64,000 nt of DNA from an uncultured Gemmatimonadales bacterium (lineage in GTDB: Bacteria; Gemmatimonadota; Gemmatimonadetes; Gemmatimonadales; GWC2-71-9): NCBI GenBank assembly GCA_963828735.1, contig CAWHFW010000005.1, forward strand, positions 768,001 through 832,000, read 5' to 3'. The notes beneath the pieces were generated by a model. It made no database searches. It was given only the letters and a program-made list of their open reading frames with translations, and was not told where the DNA came from. Shown here piece after piece: positions 1 through 10,380 of this stretch; position 1 is the stretch's first letter; each line of letters opens with the position of its first letter. The position numbers were made by a program, and so were the translations under genes.

Positions 1-2161
1 CGGCGATCAACCCGGAGTCCGGGCGCTGCACGACCGAGCCCACGGCGGCGTTCTGGATGACGTCGCGATACGATGGCGTTCCGAGTCCCCGCAGCACCAC
101 ATCGCGCGCGCTCGGGTCCCGCAACCGTACCAGCAGGACCAGCGCCGCGGCGCGCACCTGGTCGCTCGCGTCGTGCTCCCACGCGTCCCGTGCGAGCGCG
201 AGCGCCCGATCACCCCCCACCGCGGTGAGCGCGCTCATCGCTGCCTCACGTACCTGGGCCGAGGTGTCCCGCGCGGCCGCGACGAGCCCCGGGAGTGCCA
301 CCACCTCCGGGAACCCGCCGAGCGCTTCGGCGGCCTCGGCGCGGGTGAGGAAATAGTCCGACCCCTGGGCAGCGCGAACCAGGGCCGCCCCCGCGAGCGA
401 GTCTCCGGTGCGCTGGCCGAGGCGTGAGACGGCCCAGGCGCGGAGCCAGAGATGCGGATGCCGCTCGAGCAGGACCGCGAGCCACGCGGTCGGCTGGTCG
501 AAATCCAGCGTCTTGACGACCGCGTTCTCGTCGTCGAACGCGACCATCGTCGGCTGGCCCGGGAGGCTATCGATGCGGATCGTCTGCTCGCGCCGGTCGA
601 TGGTCACCCGCCGCACCACGTCCCCGACGGCGGTCCCGACGCGAATCGCGATCGGCGCTCTGAACGCGAGCGGCACGCTGAATCGCAAGCCGGTGCTGTC
701 CGCCTTGGCGGTGTCCACCTGCGTCTGCCGCACGGCGAGCGTGAGCGTACGGGCCGCCGAGTCGTAGGAGGACGTCACGGCGAACGCGGGATAGCCCGCC
801 TGGTAGATCCACTGCGACCAGAACCAGCCCAGGCTCTCGCCGGTCGCGTCGAGCACGGCCTGCCGCAGGTCGTCGCTGGTCGCGGTCCCGAAGGCATGGC
901 GCGTGAGATAGCGCCGAATGCTCGCCCAGAACCGCTCGGGACCCAGCTGGGCCTTGAGCATCGCGAGGACCAGCGCGCCCTTGGGGTAGACGTTGTTCGA
1001 GCTGTAGGTCGCGAGCGGCATGCGGCGCCGCGCGTCGAGACCCAGGAACTGCTGATACTCCGCCAGGTAGTAGTCCTGCTCCGCGTGCTTCCCCTGCTTG
1101 GCCCCCCAATACTGCCCGGGCATGAACTCCGCCATGCCCTCGTTGAGCCAGTAATTGGCCCAGTTCTCGGCCGTGACGAGGTCGCCGAACCATTGATGGG
1201 CCAGCTCGTGCGGGATGAGCGACTGCCGGTACCAGGGTCGGTCGCGGTAGGCCCGCGGATCGGGCAACCAGTCCACCAGCGTCGTGGCGCTCACGTTCTC
1301 CATGCCGCCGATGAAGTCCGCGACCGTGACCTGCGCGTACTTGGGCCACGGGTAGGGAACGCCGGTCAGGCGACTGTACACCTCCATCATGTCCGGCGTC
1401 ACGCCGAACAGCGGCCGCGCGAGCGCGGTGTCCTCGCGGTAGACGTAGTAGTCCACCGGAATGCCGCGCCAGCGATCGGAGATTTTCGCGAACGGCGCCA
1501 CCGCGAGCGAGATCAGATACGTCGAGGCCGGCTTCTCCTGCCGCCACGTCACGGTGTGCATGCCGCCGGACGCGGGACGGTCGCTCACGAGCCGGCCGTT
1601 GGAAACGACCGTGAGCTTGGCCGGTACGGTGGCGGCGAGCTCCCAGGTGGCCTTGTCGGCTGGAGCGCCCCAGGTGGGCAGCCAGCGCGGATTGCCGTCC
1701 GTGCCGCCGCCGCTGTAGACCTGTTGCGGACGATGCGGGCGGCCGTCGCTCGGAAAGAAGTAGAGGCCCTGGCCTTGCCGGATGCGTCCGTGGTAGTGCA
1801 CCGTGAAGCGGACGGTGTCGCCGAAGGCCGCGGGGCGAGGGAGTCGGACGACGAGCGAATCGCCGGGACGCGCATAGGCCCGCGACGGCGTCACGCTCCG
1901 GACCTCCAGCGTCCGGCCCATGTCGAGGATGACCGAGTCGAGTCCGGGGCTGAGGGAGACGAGCGTGGTGGCGACGCGGGCGTCGAATGCGGTCGAGTCC
2001 CAGTCGAAGTTCCTGAGCTCGATCCGCTGGTGAATCAGGTCGTAGTCGTGGGAGGGAGTGAAGCTGCCGTTGACGACCCGTTCGAGGTTCGATTGAGCGC
2101 CGAGGGGTGCGGCCGCGAGGGCGATCGCGGCAAGGGATAGGCAGAAGGATGCGCGGAGCAT
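1..2161 (-). CDS. M1 family aminopeptidase (PepN-like) with signal peptide and C-terminal HEAT-like repeats; 3' end runs off the window
   Basis: Manual minus-strand translation from ATG 2161 (MLRASFCLSLAAIALAA...) shows GGMEN, HELAHQWFGDLVT and WLNEG motifs; absent from the ORF track because its stop lies outside the window. Confidence 0.9.
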   Translation of the reverse strand, partial: MLRASFCLSLAAIALAAAPLGAQSNLERVVNGSFTPSHDYDLIHQRIELRNFDWDSTAFDARVATTLVSLSPGLDSVILDMGRTLEVRSVTPSRAYARPGDSLVVRLPRPAAFGDTVRFTVHYHGRIRQGQGLYFFPSDGRPHRPQQVYSGGGTDGNPRWLPTWGAPADKATWELAATVPAKLTVVSNGRLVSDRPASGGMHTVTWRQEKPASTYLISLAVAPFAKISDRWRGIPVDYYVYREDTALARPLFGVTPDMMEVYSRLTGVPYPWPKYAQVTVADFIGGMENVSATTLVDWLPDPRAYRDRPWYRQSLIPHELAHQWFGDLVTAENWANYWLNEGMAEFMPGQYWGAKQGKHAEQDYYLAEYQQFLGLDARRRMPLATYSSNNVYPKGALVLAMLKAQLGPERFWASIRRYLTRHAFGTATSDDLRQAVLDATGESLGWFWSQWIYQAGYPAFAVTSSYDSAARTLTLAVRQTQVDTAKADSTGLRFSVPLAFRAPIAIRVGTAVGDVVRRVTIDRREQTIRIDSLPGQPTMVAFDDENAVVKTLDFDQPTAWLAVLLERHPHLWLRAWAVSRLGQRTGDSLAGAALVRAAQGSDYFLTRAEAAEALGGFPEVVALPGLVAAARDTSAQVREAAMSALTAVGGDRALALARDAWEHDASDQVRAAALVLLVRLRDPSARDVVLRGLGTPSYRDVIQNAAVGSVVQRPDSGLIA

Positions 2162-2220
2162 GCGCGGAATCTACCTAGCCGTGGCGCTCGTCCACCGTGA
2201 GCGTGAAGAGGAGCGGCGTA

Positions 2221-2856
2221 CTAGAACAGCGCCAGCTGCGCCAGCGGCGCGAAGGTCAGCCGATGATGGCAGGTGGGGCCGTGCAGGCGGAGCCCTTCGT
2301 GATGCTCGTCCGTGCCGTAGCCCATGTTGGTTTGCCACCCGTAGCCCGGGTGGCGTTGGGCCAGCCGCTCCATGAGCCGGTCGCGCGTCGTCTTGGCCAG
2401 GACCGAGGCGGCTGCGATGGACTGGCAGCGGGCGTCGCCGTCCACCAGGGCGTCGTGCAGGTAGCCCACCTCCGGGAGCGGGAGCCCGTCGATGAGGATG
2501 CGATAGGGCCGGCCGCTCAGGACGGCGTGGCGGATCAGCGCGGTGAGCGCGCGGCGCATCGCGAGGGCCGTGGCCACCCGGATGTTGAGCCGGTCGATCT
2601 CGTGCGACGACGCGGCGCCGACGGCGCACGCGAGCGCACGCGCCCGGATGCGGTCGGCCAGCACCCGGCGGACCCGGGCGGGCAGGATCTTGCTGTCGCG
2701 GAGACCGCGCACCGCACGACAGTCCGGCGGAAATACGACGGCCGCGGCGACCACTGGTCCAGCCAGTGGGCCGCGGCCCGCTTCGTCGACGCCCACGAGG
2801 AGCGTCTCGTCGGCCCAGGCCGCCCGTTCCCGTTGGAGCGAGGGACGGGAGGGCAC
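2221..2856 (-). CDS. rnhB: Ribonuclease HII
   Basis: GVDEAGRGPLAGPV, LRDSK, DGDA..SIAAASVLAK motifs; downstream of rplS. Confidence 0.95.
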   Translation of the reverse strand: MPSRPSLQRERAAWADETLLVGVDEAGRGPLAGPVVAAAVVFPPDCRAVRGLRDSKILPARVRRVLADRIRARALACAVGAASSHEIDRLNIRVATALAMRRALTALIRHAVLSGRPYRILIDGLPLPEVGYLHDALVDGDARCQSIAAASVLAKTTRDRLMERLAQRHPGYGWQTNMGYGTDEHHEGLRLHGPTCHHRLTFAPLAQLALF

Positions 2857-2860
2857 CTGC

Positions 2861-3208
2861 TCAGCCCTCGCGCTTCTCCCGGATGCGCGCGGCCTTGCCG
2901 CTCAGCGCGCGCAGGTAGTAGAGCTTGGCCCGGCGGACCCGGCCACGGCGCACCACCTCCACCGTGGCGATGGTCGGGCTGTGGATCGGGAAGAGCCGCT
3001 CGACCCCGACACCGGCCGAGACCTTCCGGACGGTGAAGTTCTCGCTGATCCCGCCGCCCCGTTTGGCGATGACCAGGCCCTCGAAGGCCTGCAGCCGCTC
3101 CTTGTCGCCCTCGCGGACGCGGACCATGACCCGGACGGTATCTCCCGGCTCGAATGCAGGAATGTCCGTGCGCAAGCCCTCACGGGCCACCTCTGCCAAT
3201 CGCTCCAT
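2861..3208 (-). CDS. rplS: 50S ribosomal protein L19
   Basis: [33 protein letters not shown] 3208 preceded by GGAGG. Confidence 0.97.
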   Translation of the reverse strand: MERLAEVAREGLRTDIPAFEPGDTVRVMVRVREGDKERLQAFEGLVIAKRGGGISENFTVRKVSAGVGVERLFPIHSPTIATVEVVRRGRVRRAKLYYLRALSGKAARIREKREG

Positions 3209-3295
3209 GTTTCCCTCCGTCGTAGGTCGTGAATTGCACGTCGTCGGCTCGAAGGCGGGGGTCGCGGAAACGTCGGCGACCCAGGGCCTCACGAG

Positions 3296-3976
3296 CTACG
3301 ACTTGTACTTCTCCCACAGATCCGGCCGCCGCTCCCGCGTCAACCGCTCCGCCTCCGCCCGCCGCCACGCATCGATGCGCGCGTGGTCGCCCGACCGGAG
3401 CACCTCGGGCACCGCCAGCCCGCGATACTCGGGGGGCCGGGTGTAACTCGGCGGGCTCAGGAGCCCGTCGTAGTGCGAATCGCCGCTCGCGCTCTCGTGA
3501 TCGCTCAGGGCGCCGGGGAGGAGCCGGACCACGGCATCGAGGACGCAGATCGCCGCCGGCTCGCCGCCCGAGAGCACGAAGTCGCCGACCGAGCACTCCT
3601 CCGTGGCGAGCCGCTCGGCGACCCGCTGGTCCACGTCCTTGTAATGCCCGCAGAGCAGCGTGAGACGCCGACCCACCGAAAACCGCACCGCGTCATCGTG
3701 CGTGAACCGCCGGCCCCGCGCCGACAACAGGACGACCGACTCCAGCGGGCCGAGGCTCTCGACGGCTTCGAAGAACGGCTCCGGCTTGAGCACCATCCCC
3801 GCCCCGCCACCGTACGCGTAATCGTCCACCGTCGCGTGCCGGTCGTGTGTGAAGTCGCGGAGCTGGACCAGGTTGAACGCCACCAGTCCGGCGGCCGCGG
3901 CCCGGCCCGGAATGCTCGTGGCCGTGAACGGGGCGATGACCTCGGGGAACAGGGTGACGACGTCGATCGTCAGCAT
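3296..3976 (-). CDS. trmD: tRNA (guanine37-N1)-methyltransferase
   Basis: VDDYAYGGGAGMVLKPEP, SVGDFVLSGGE, YTRPPE motifs; operon context. Confidence 0.96.
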   Translation of the reverse strand: MLTIDVVTLFPEVIAPFTATSIPGRAAAAGLVAFNLVQLRDFTHDRHATVDDYAYGGGAGMVLKPEPFFEAVESLGPLESVVLLSARGRRFTHDDAVRFSVGRRLTLLCGHYKDVDQRVAERLATEECSVGDFVLSGGEPAAICVLDAVVRLLPGALSDHESASGDSHYDGLLSPPSYTRPPEYRGLAVPEVLRSGDHARIDAWRRAEAERLTRERRPDLWEKYKS

Positions 3977-4036
3977 GCGATCATCGGGATGACGCCCGTC
4001 ACGCGTTCACCTGACCGTTCGACCGGGGACGATCCC

Positions 4037-4564
4037 CTACTCCACCAGCCCCTCCGGCGGCGTCACCACCAGCCGGCGCCCCGCGCGATCCACCTGCTGC
4101 ACGAATTCCTTCTTGTACGGCAGCAGAAACTCGCGCTTGGGTCCCTGCACCTCGATCATGACTCCCGACGGCAGCTCGTACACGCCGGTCACGAGACCCA
4201 GCGGCGTCTCGTCGGGCAGCCGGACCGCGAAGCCGTCGAGCTCGTGGAGGTAGACTTCGTCGTCCTTGGGCGGCGCGAGCTCGCTCGCCGGCGCCGCCAG
4301 GAACAGCCCCCGCCACGGATCGATCGCCTCGCGCCGGTCGGCGCCGGCGAACTTGATCAGCCACTCGCGGTGGTACGACCGGCTCCGCTCGATCGTGAGC
4401 GGCCCCGCGACCGTCTCTCCGTCCAGCCCCACCAGCCACACCGACCGTCCGGGCGCGAACACCGCGTCGGGATCGTCGGTGATCGGGAAGAGCGTGAGAT
4501 CCCCCTTCAACCCGTGCGGCTTCCTGAGCCGGCCCACCACGAGGTGGTGGGCGTCGGCGGTCAT
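4037..4564 (-). CDS. rimM: 16S rRNA processing protein RimM
   Basis: VGRLRKPHGLKG, YLHELDG, LLPYKKEFV; lies between rpsP and trmD. Confidence 0.93.
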   Translation of the reverse strand: MTADAHHLVVGRLRKPHGLKGDLTLFPITDDPDAVFAPGRSVWLVGLDGETVAGPLTIERSRSYHREWLIKFAGADRREAIDPWRGLFLAAPASELAPPKDDEVYLHELDGFAVRLPDETPLGLVTGVYELPSGVMIEVQGPKREFLLPYKKEFVQQVDRAGRRLVVTPPEGLVE

Positions 4565-4827
4565 CAGGCCGTCGCTGGCTTGAACACCCCGGCCTGCTTG
4601 AGGAGCGACTGAACCGTGTCCGAGGGCGTCGCGCCTTGCTTGATCCATTGGCGCGCCTTGTCGGCGTCCACCTGGACCTTCTCGGCGGCCGTCGCGCCCT
4701 TGGGGTTGTAGGTGCCGATGATCTCGATGAACCGCCCGTCGCGCGGCGACTCCTGGTCGGCGACCACGATGCGGTACAGCGGGAGCTTCTTGCGGCCGAC
4801 GCGACGCAGCCGAATCCGAGTTGCCAT
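4564..4827 (-). CDS. rpsP: 30S ribosomal protein S16
   Basis: [35 protein letters not shown]. Confidence 0.97.
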   Translation of the reverse strand: MATRIRLRRVGRKKLPLYRIVVADQESPRDGRFIEIIGTYNPKGATAAEKVQVDADKARQWIKQGATPSDTVQSLLKQAGVFKPATA

Positions 4828-4849
4828 GTCCGTTCCTGGAGTTGCCGGG

Positions 4850-6193
4850 TTAACCGGGGAAAGGGCCACGCCCGAAGGGGAGGCGCATGCCCGCGCCCCC
4901 GCCCTTGCCCACGCTCTTCATGACCTTCTGCATCTGCTTGAACTGCGCGAGCAGCGTGTTCACTTCCTGCACCGTGCGCCCGCTGCCCTTGGCGATCCGG
5001 AGCCGCCGCTGCCCGTTGATGACGTCAGGGTTCGACCGCTCCTTGGCCGTCATCGAGAGCACGATGGCTTCCACGTGCTTGAGCTTCTTGTCGTCGATCT
5101 TGGCCGCCTGCAGCATGGCCGGGTTCATCCCGGGCAGCATGCCGAGCACGTTCTTGAGCGGCCCCATCTTCTGCATCTGGCGCATGGCGTTGAGGAAGTC
5201 CTCGAGGTCCATCCCCTTCTTCGAGGTGACCTTCTTCGCCAGCCGCTCGGCTTCCTTCTCGTCGACCGCGGTCTGCGCCTTCTCGACCAGCGAGAGGATG
5301 TCGCCCTGCTGGAGAATCCGCCCCGCGAGTCGGTCGGGATGGAACGGCTCGAGCGCGTCCAGCTTCTCGCCCACGCCGATGAACTTGATCGGCGCCTTGG
5401 TCACGCCATAGATGGACAGCGCGGCACCACCCCGCGCGTCGCCGTCCATCTTGGTCAGGATGACGCCGGTGACGCCGAGCGCATCGTGGAAGCCCTGCGC
5501 GATCCGCACCGCGTCCTGGCCCGTCATCCCGTCGGCCACGAGGAGGATCTCGTGCGGGTTGACGGCGGCCTTGAGCCTCCTGAGCTCGTCCATCATCTCG
5601 TCGTCGATCTGGAGCCGGCCCGCGGTGTCGACGATGACGGTCCGCGCCCGCGCCTTGCCCGCCTCGACGATGCCTCGCTTCACGATGCCGACCACGTCTT
5701 TCGACGACGGGTCGCCGAACGCGCCGACCTCGACCTGCTTCGACAGCGTCAGCAGCTGGTCGATGGCCGCCGGACGGTACACGTCGGCCGCGACCAGGAA
5801 CGGCGCCTTCTGCTCCAGCTTGAGCCGGCGCGCCAGCTTGCCGGCCGTGGTCGTCTTGCCCGATCCCTGAAGGCCGACGAGCAGGATGATCGTCGGCGGC
5901 ACGGTGGCGTGGACGATCGGCGCCTGCTTTTCGCCGAGCAACGCCACCAGCTCGTCGTAGACGATCTTGACCAGCTGATGTCCGGCACGAACGTCCTTGA
6001 TGGCGGTGACGCCCACTGCCTTCGCCTGCACCCGCTCGAGGAACTCGCGGGTCAGGTCGAAGCTGACGTCGGCTTCCAGGAGGATCCGGCGGATCTCCCG
6101 GAGGCCCTCCTTGACCGCATCTTCCGTCAGGACACCACGTCCAGTGAGCTTCTGGAGGGTGTCGTTGAGTTTCTGGGACAGCTCGTCGAACAT
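4850..6193 (-). CDS. ffh: Signal recognition particle protein Ffh
   Basis: [33 protein letters not shown], Met-rich M domain. Confidence 0.97.
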   Translation of the reverse strand: MFDELSQKLNDTLQKLTGRGVLTEDAVKEGLREIRRILLEADVSFDLTREFLERVQAKAVGVTAIKDVRAGHQLVKIVYDELVALLGEKQAPIVHATVPPTIILLVGLQGSGKTTTAGKLARRLKLEQKAPFLVAADVYRPAAIDQLLTLSKQVEVGAFGDPSSKDVVGIVKRGIVEAGKARARTVIVDTAGRLQIDDEMMDELRRLKAAVNPHEILLVADGMTGQDAVRIAQGFHDALGVTGVILTKMDGDARGGAALSIYGVTKAPIKFIGVGEKLDALEPFHPDRLAGRILQQGDILSLVEKAQTAVDEKEAERLAKKVTSKKGMDLEDFLNAMRQMQKMGPLKNVLGMLPGMNPAMLQAAKIDDKKLKHVEAIVLSMTAKERSNPDVINGQRRLRIAKGSGRTVQEVNTLLAQFKQMQKVMKSVGKGGGAGMRLPFGRGPFPG

Positions 6194-6202
6194 AAGCCCG
6201 TA

Positions 6203-6231
6203 AGCATAACCGGCGGGCGGGTTTTGGACAA
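6203..6231 (-). promoter_or_regulatory. Putative sigma70 promoter of the ffh-rpsP operon (very short leader)
   Basis: Minus strand TTGTCC-N17-TATGCT, 9 nt upstream of the ffh ATG. Confidence 0.55.
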
Positions 6232-6370
6232 GCCGCGGGGTCCGGAACTTGGCCCGAAGTCGATCCCCAACGCCGCAGCGCTCTGGGTCGGGCATCCCTG
6301 CGACCCGGGGGTTCAGCGCCGGAGACAGCAGTACCTCAGAGCAGATCGAGTTACCGCCGACCCCCGAAGC

Positions 6371-9300
6371 TCACCGGCTCGAGAGCCGCGCCACCGCCAG
6401 CCGTGCCTCATCCACCAAGTGCCGGTGTCTTGCGGTAGGCATGTCGTAGCGCAGGAGGAACTCTCGGTAGTACTCCAGAGCCAAGGGAGCGTTCCCGCGC
6501 GCGTCCTCGATTCGGGCGCGTTCAAGGTACGCGAGGCTGGCGAACACGCCGCCCCCCACGGCGCCGCTTACACCGCCCCACGCCTCGTTCCACGTTAGCA
6601 GCCGGGCCGCCTGAGCGGACTCTCCAGCCTGGACGAGCCACCGTGAGGCGGCCAGGCGATCAAGGGCGGTGAGATACTGCGCGAAGGCCCCGTCCGACAG
6701 TCGCTCGGCGCGTTGCCACTCCAACGCGGCCAGGGTGAATCCGGCTTTTCGCGTCGCACCGGAGAGGCCTAGCTGAAACGCTGCCAGCGAGCGCTCCCAG
6801 GGTGCGTTCTTCCAGCTGGTATAGATCCGGTCCACCCTCTCGAGCTCTCGTCGGGCCGACTCGAGACTCGCCAGATCGCCCCGCGCCCAAGCCAGCATCC
6901 CGTCAAGCCAAACGAGCTCGGCCTTGAACTCGGGCTGCCCTTCGTCCATCGGTGCAGCGGCGACCATCTTGGCGGCGGCGTCGCGTCGCTTGGCGGCCTC
7001 GCTCGTGTTCAGACCGCCCAGCCAGACACCAGCCACAGCCAGCGCATATCGGTCGAGGGCGGTCCACCATGACCGCCACTCGTTGGGCACCTCTTTGGCA
7101 GATTCATCCAGCATTGCCGCCACCGAGTCCCAGGCCCCGCGGCCCACCCAGGTGAACGCCAGAAAACGCCGGTGGCGCGCGGCGACCTCAGATGAGGTCT
7201 TGAGCCGGAGAATCCGGCGACTGATCTCCGTCTGTGCCGGGAGGAATCCGCACCACCCTGCCAGCGCGACTCCCGCGCCGCCTCCCTGGGCATTCGCGCG
7301 CACCACGCTGTCCATCAATGCCGGATCGGCCTTGCCTCCCGTTTCCGCCATGCGCGCGAGCAGTCGGAACTGCAGCAGTTCGTTGAACCCTTCCCCTTGC
7401 TCCAGGGAGGAACCCGCCCCGAGCCGGGCCAGTGCCGCCTCGATGGTGCGAGCCGCACCCGTTGAATTGCGGCTCTTACAATAGACCCAGTGCAGATGCT
7501 CCCACGCCGGGGTCAGCCGGGGGTTGAGTTGGAGGGCGCGCTCCAGCACCGGTCCCGCTTCGGCTATCCTGCGACCGAGAATTGGAGCCCAGTGCACCAT
7601 GTAGTCGCCGTACTGCAACCAGCCGAACCAATAGTCCGGGAATCGCTGAGTGACCTCTTTAGCCCTTGCGAGAGCGACGGAGAGGCTGTCGCGAAGCGCC
7701 ATGGAGGTTTCGATGGAAAGACGGTCGGCCGGAGGTAGGTCGAATCGGTGAGTCTCGAAGGTTTTCACGATCGTACTGTCGATGTCCTGACCCTCCCAAT
7801 ACCCTCGGCTGAACGCATAGCGCCAGTACGGCAACCAGAAGGTCGAGTCGGCTGAGATCGCATTGGCATACTCAGCGGCCGCGTCCTCCCATCGGTTTTC
7901 GACCAGGGCGCGTTCCCCTTCCAGGAACGCCCGGAGAGCCGGCGCGGAGCGAGTCTTGAGGGCCGCATCCAGGCTCGGCGTGGGCGGCTCGCCGCGCAGC
8001 CAGATGCGTTGCAGAAGGGTCCGACAGATCGAATCGCTCAACACGGCTACGGAATCGGGGGAGGCCGTTACCGAAGCCCGCGCCATCGGCGTCAGACTGT
8101 CGCTGGTAAAGAGCCCGAAGTCCAATCGAACCAGCCGCGGATCCAGCCGGACAATGCTTCCGTGCAGCACGCTGCCGGCCCCGAGCCGGCGCCCCAGGGC
8201 CGCACCGTCAGGGAGCGAGAAACCAGCTCTGGGGTCGACTGACTGGGCGAGGACGGTGTGGGGGTCTACCGTCCGGACCTCGCCCACTTCATCCAGATTG
8301 GCGCTGACGGTGAACACCAGGTCGCGGCCTAGCCGGGTGAGCGCGGTATCCGCCACGCTGGGCGCGAAGGGGAGCACCGCGATGCGTGCCGCGGACGGAA
8401 CGATCTTCGGTCCACGCCAATGGAATGCCAGCCACCCCCATGCTGCTCCTATTGCTATGACCATTGCCCCGATGGCCGTGACCCACGGGAAACGCCGGGA
8501 TGTTGTCCGGACCTTGCGTCTCGTGGCCAAGGCCGGCGAGGTCAGAGCCCGAATGAACTGCTCGGCGGTCGCGAACCGATCGGCGGGGGCTTTGGCCAGG
8601 GCCGTCGTAATCGCGTCATCGATTGCCTCGGGTACCGAGCCGCGGATGGCCTGGATCCGAGGGACCGCGTCCAGCGAATGCCGCGCCATGATCGCCCGCG
8701 CCGTGGGCCCGCTGAACGGTGGCTGGCCCGCCAGCATCTCGTAGAGCACACAGGCCAGCCCATAGACGTCACTCCGGGCATCCACTGGGTCCCCGACAAT
8801 CTGCTCAGGACTCATGTAGGCCGGGGTTCCCATCCCCCAGCCCGTCTCCGTGAGCCGCGAATCGCCGGCGATCTCGATGGCCTTGGCGATGCCGAAGTCA
8901 GCCACCAACGCGTGCGCACCCGAGAGCAGAATGTTCTCGGGCTTGATATCGCGGTGCACTACTCCATTCCGGTGCGCTTCCCCCAGGGCATCGGCGACGT
9001 CCCCGGCAATATGAAGTGCGTCCTCGACGGGCAACGCTCCTTCTCGGGTGAGCCGCTGCCGCAGCGACTCGCCTGAGACATACGGCATCACGTAAAAGAG
9101 GAATCCCGCTGCCACGCCGGAATCGTGCAGCGGGAGGATGTGAGGATGCTGGAGCCCGGCCTCGATCCGGATCTCCCGCAGGAATCGCTCGGCTCCTAAC
9201 CCGGCAGCCAGCTCGGGGTGAAGGACCTTCACAGCCACTGGCCGCAGATGCTTCAGGTCCCGCGCCAGGTAGACAGTCGCCATCCCGCCGCGACCCAGCG

Positions 9301-9388
9301 GCCGCTCGATCGGGTATCGGTCGGCCAGTGCCTCCTGCAGCTGCGATGGAATCTCGAGTCCTTCGCGATCGGACCCGGAGCTATTCAC
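6371..9388 (-). CDS. Hanks-type Ser/Thr protein kinase with TM segment and TolB-like/TPR C-terminal region (intact)
   Basis: [31 protein letters not shown]; hydrophobic stretch WVTAIGAMVIAIGAAWGWL; IAVLPF motif. Confidence 0.93.
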   Translation of the reverse strand: MNSSGSDREGLEIPSQLQEALADRYPIERPLGRGGMATVYLARDLKHLRPVAVKVLHPELAAGLGAERFLREIRIEAGLQHPHILPLHDSGVAAGFLFYVMPYVSGESLRQRLTREGALPVEDALHIAGDVADALGEAHRNGVVHRDIKPENILLSGAHALVADFGIAKAIEIAGDSRLTETGWGMGTPAYMSPEQIVGDPVDARSDVYGLACVLYEMLAGQPPFSGPTARAIMARHSLDAVPRIQAIRGSVPEAIDDAITTALAKAPADRFATAEQFIRALTSPALATRRKVRTTSRRFPWVTAIGAMVIAIGAAWGWLAFHWRGPKIVPSAARIAVLPFAPSVADTALTRLGRDLVFTVSANLDEVGEVRTVDPHTVLAQSVDPRAGFSLPDGAALGRRLGAGSVLHGSIVRLDPRLVRLDFGLFTSDSLTPMARASVTASPDSVAVLSDSICRTLLQRIWLRGEPPTPSLDAALKTRSAPALRAFLEGERALVENRWEDAAAEYANAISADSTFWLPYWRYAFSRGYWEGQDIDSTIVKTFETHRFDLPPADRLSIETSMALRDSLSVALARAKEVTQRFPDYWFGWLQYGDYMVHWAPILGRRIAEAGPVLERALQLNPRLTPAWEHLHWVYCKSRNSTGAARTIEAALARLGAGSSLEQGEGFNELLQFRLLARMAETGGKADPALMDSVVRANAQGGGAGVALAGWCGFLPAQTEISRRILRLKTSSEVAARHRRFLAFTWVGRGAWDSVAAMLDESAKEVPNEWRSWWTALDRYALAVAGVWLGGLNTSEAAKRRDAAAKMVAAAPMDEGQPEFKAELVWLDGMLAWARGDLASLESARRELERVDRIYTSWKNAPWERSLAAFQLGLSGATRKAGFTLAALEWQRAERLSDGAFAQYLTALDRLAASRWLVQAGESAQAARLLTWNEAWGGVSGAVGGGVFASLAYLERARIEDARGNAPLALEYYREFLLRYDMPTARHRHLVDEARLAVARLSSR

Positions 9389-10163
9389 CCTGCCGCCCCC
9401 CTGGCGGCCAGCCCCGCAACGGCGATTCCCAAATCTGGACTTCCCGGGCGCGGATCTTTGCGACCAAGCCCTCGGTTTCGGGCGAGGGAAGGACGCCGTA
9501 TTCGGCTGCTAGGCGGCGGCGGAAATCCTGGTAGCTCCTGAGGGCACCGGCCCGGTCGCCGCGACGGTCGAGGATCCGGATGAGCCGACGAATGCCTGAC
9601 TCATCGTCCGGCGAGAGTTCGACTGCCCGACGGGCCCATGGCGCCGCAGCTGCCAAGTCTCCCCGCTGTTCTGCCTCATCGACGCCGGACCACGCCGCTC
9701 TCGCAGCACGAGTGCGAAGGCTTACCCGCTCGCCTTCCAGCCATTGTTCGAACTCGGACGAGACATCAGCTACGAACACGCCCGAGAGCAGGTCCCCGCG
9801 ATAGAGCTCGGTCGCACCCCTCCAGTCAGCGGCATCGCACGCCAGATCGAATTCAGTGATGTCGCATCGCAACGCGTCGGGGTTCACCCCGATTTCCTCT
9901 TCTCCCCGGTTGATCAACACGTCCGGCCCGAGCTGGGCGCGGAGAAAGCGCATCGCCTGCCGGAGGGCTCCCCTCGCGTGCGCCAGGTCAAGCTCGGGCC
10001 AGAAAAGGGCGACGACGGCGTCCCTGCGACGAAACCGCAGAGAGCAGGCTGTGGCGAGGTACACGAGGAGGGCGAGGCGCTTGGGCTGCACCAGAATCGC
10101 ATGCAGCTCGCACCCGTCTGAATCGGTGAGATCCAGGCTGCCGAGCGCGCGGAGCCGAATCAT
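9381..10163 (-). CDS. SARP/AfsR-family transcriptional activator (wHTH + BTAD)
   Basis: IRLRALG, KRLALLVYLA, LFWPE, LYRGDLL, FEQWL, RRAVELSPDDES, LPSPET pattern. Confidence 0.85.
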   Translation of the reverse strand: MIRLRALGSLDLTDSDGCELHAILVQPKRLALLVYLATACSLRFRRRDAVVALFWPELDLAHARGALRQAMRFLRAQLGPDVLINRGEEEIGVNPDALRCDITEFDLACDAADWRGATELYRGDLLSGVFVADVSSEFEQWLEGERVSLRTRAARAAWSGVDEAEQRGDLAAAAPWARRAVELSPDDESGIRRLIRILDRRGDRAGALRSYQDFRRRLAAEYGVLPSPETEGLVAKIRAREVQIWESPLRGWPPGGRQGE

Positions 10164-10201
10164 TGCTACCGACTATGAGGGAGGGCTCGAACCATGGACC
10201 C

Positions 10202-10257
10202 GGATCACGCCAACATCACGGCGGCGTCACGGCTGGATCACCGGAAGGGTGTAGGGT
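10202..10257 (+). promoter_or_regulatory. Four direct repeats at 11-bp period followed by a -10 element: SARP-type activated promoter
   Basis: ATCACGC (10204), ATCACGG (10215), GTCACGG (10226), ATCACCG (10237); TAGGGT at 10252, 8 nt after the last heptamer. Confidence 0.7.
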
Positions 10258-10380
10258 GTTCGCGGGGCCTGGTCCACCTAATGTAACGCCGGCGGGGGCA
10301 CCTGCCAGAGAGCCAGTTGGGGGCGGAGGTGTGACCGATTCATCAGGGCTGCGTTTCTCTCTACTACTCACGAGGTTACT

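Noticed and set aside
452..2140. 562-aa plus-strand ORF, and similar long antisense ORFs at 4712-6598, 26455-27828, 36381-38105, 39441-41006, 48765-50567
   Set aside because: Shadow ORFs opposite well-supported genes; expected in high-GC DNA; no recognisable motifs
6240..6370. Possible SRP RNA next to ffh
   Set aside because: TCAGCGCCGGAGACAGCAG only loosely resembles the domain IV motif; no GGAA tetraloop helix
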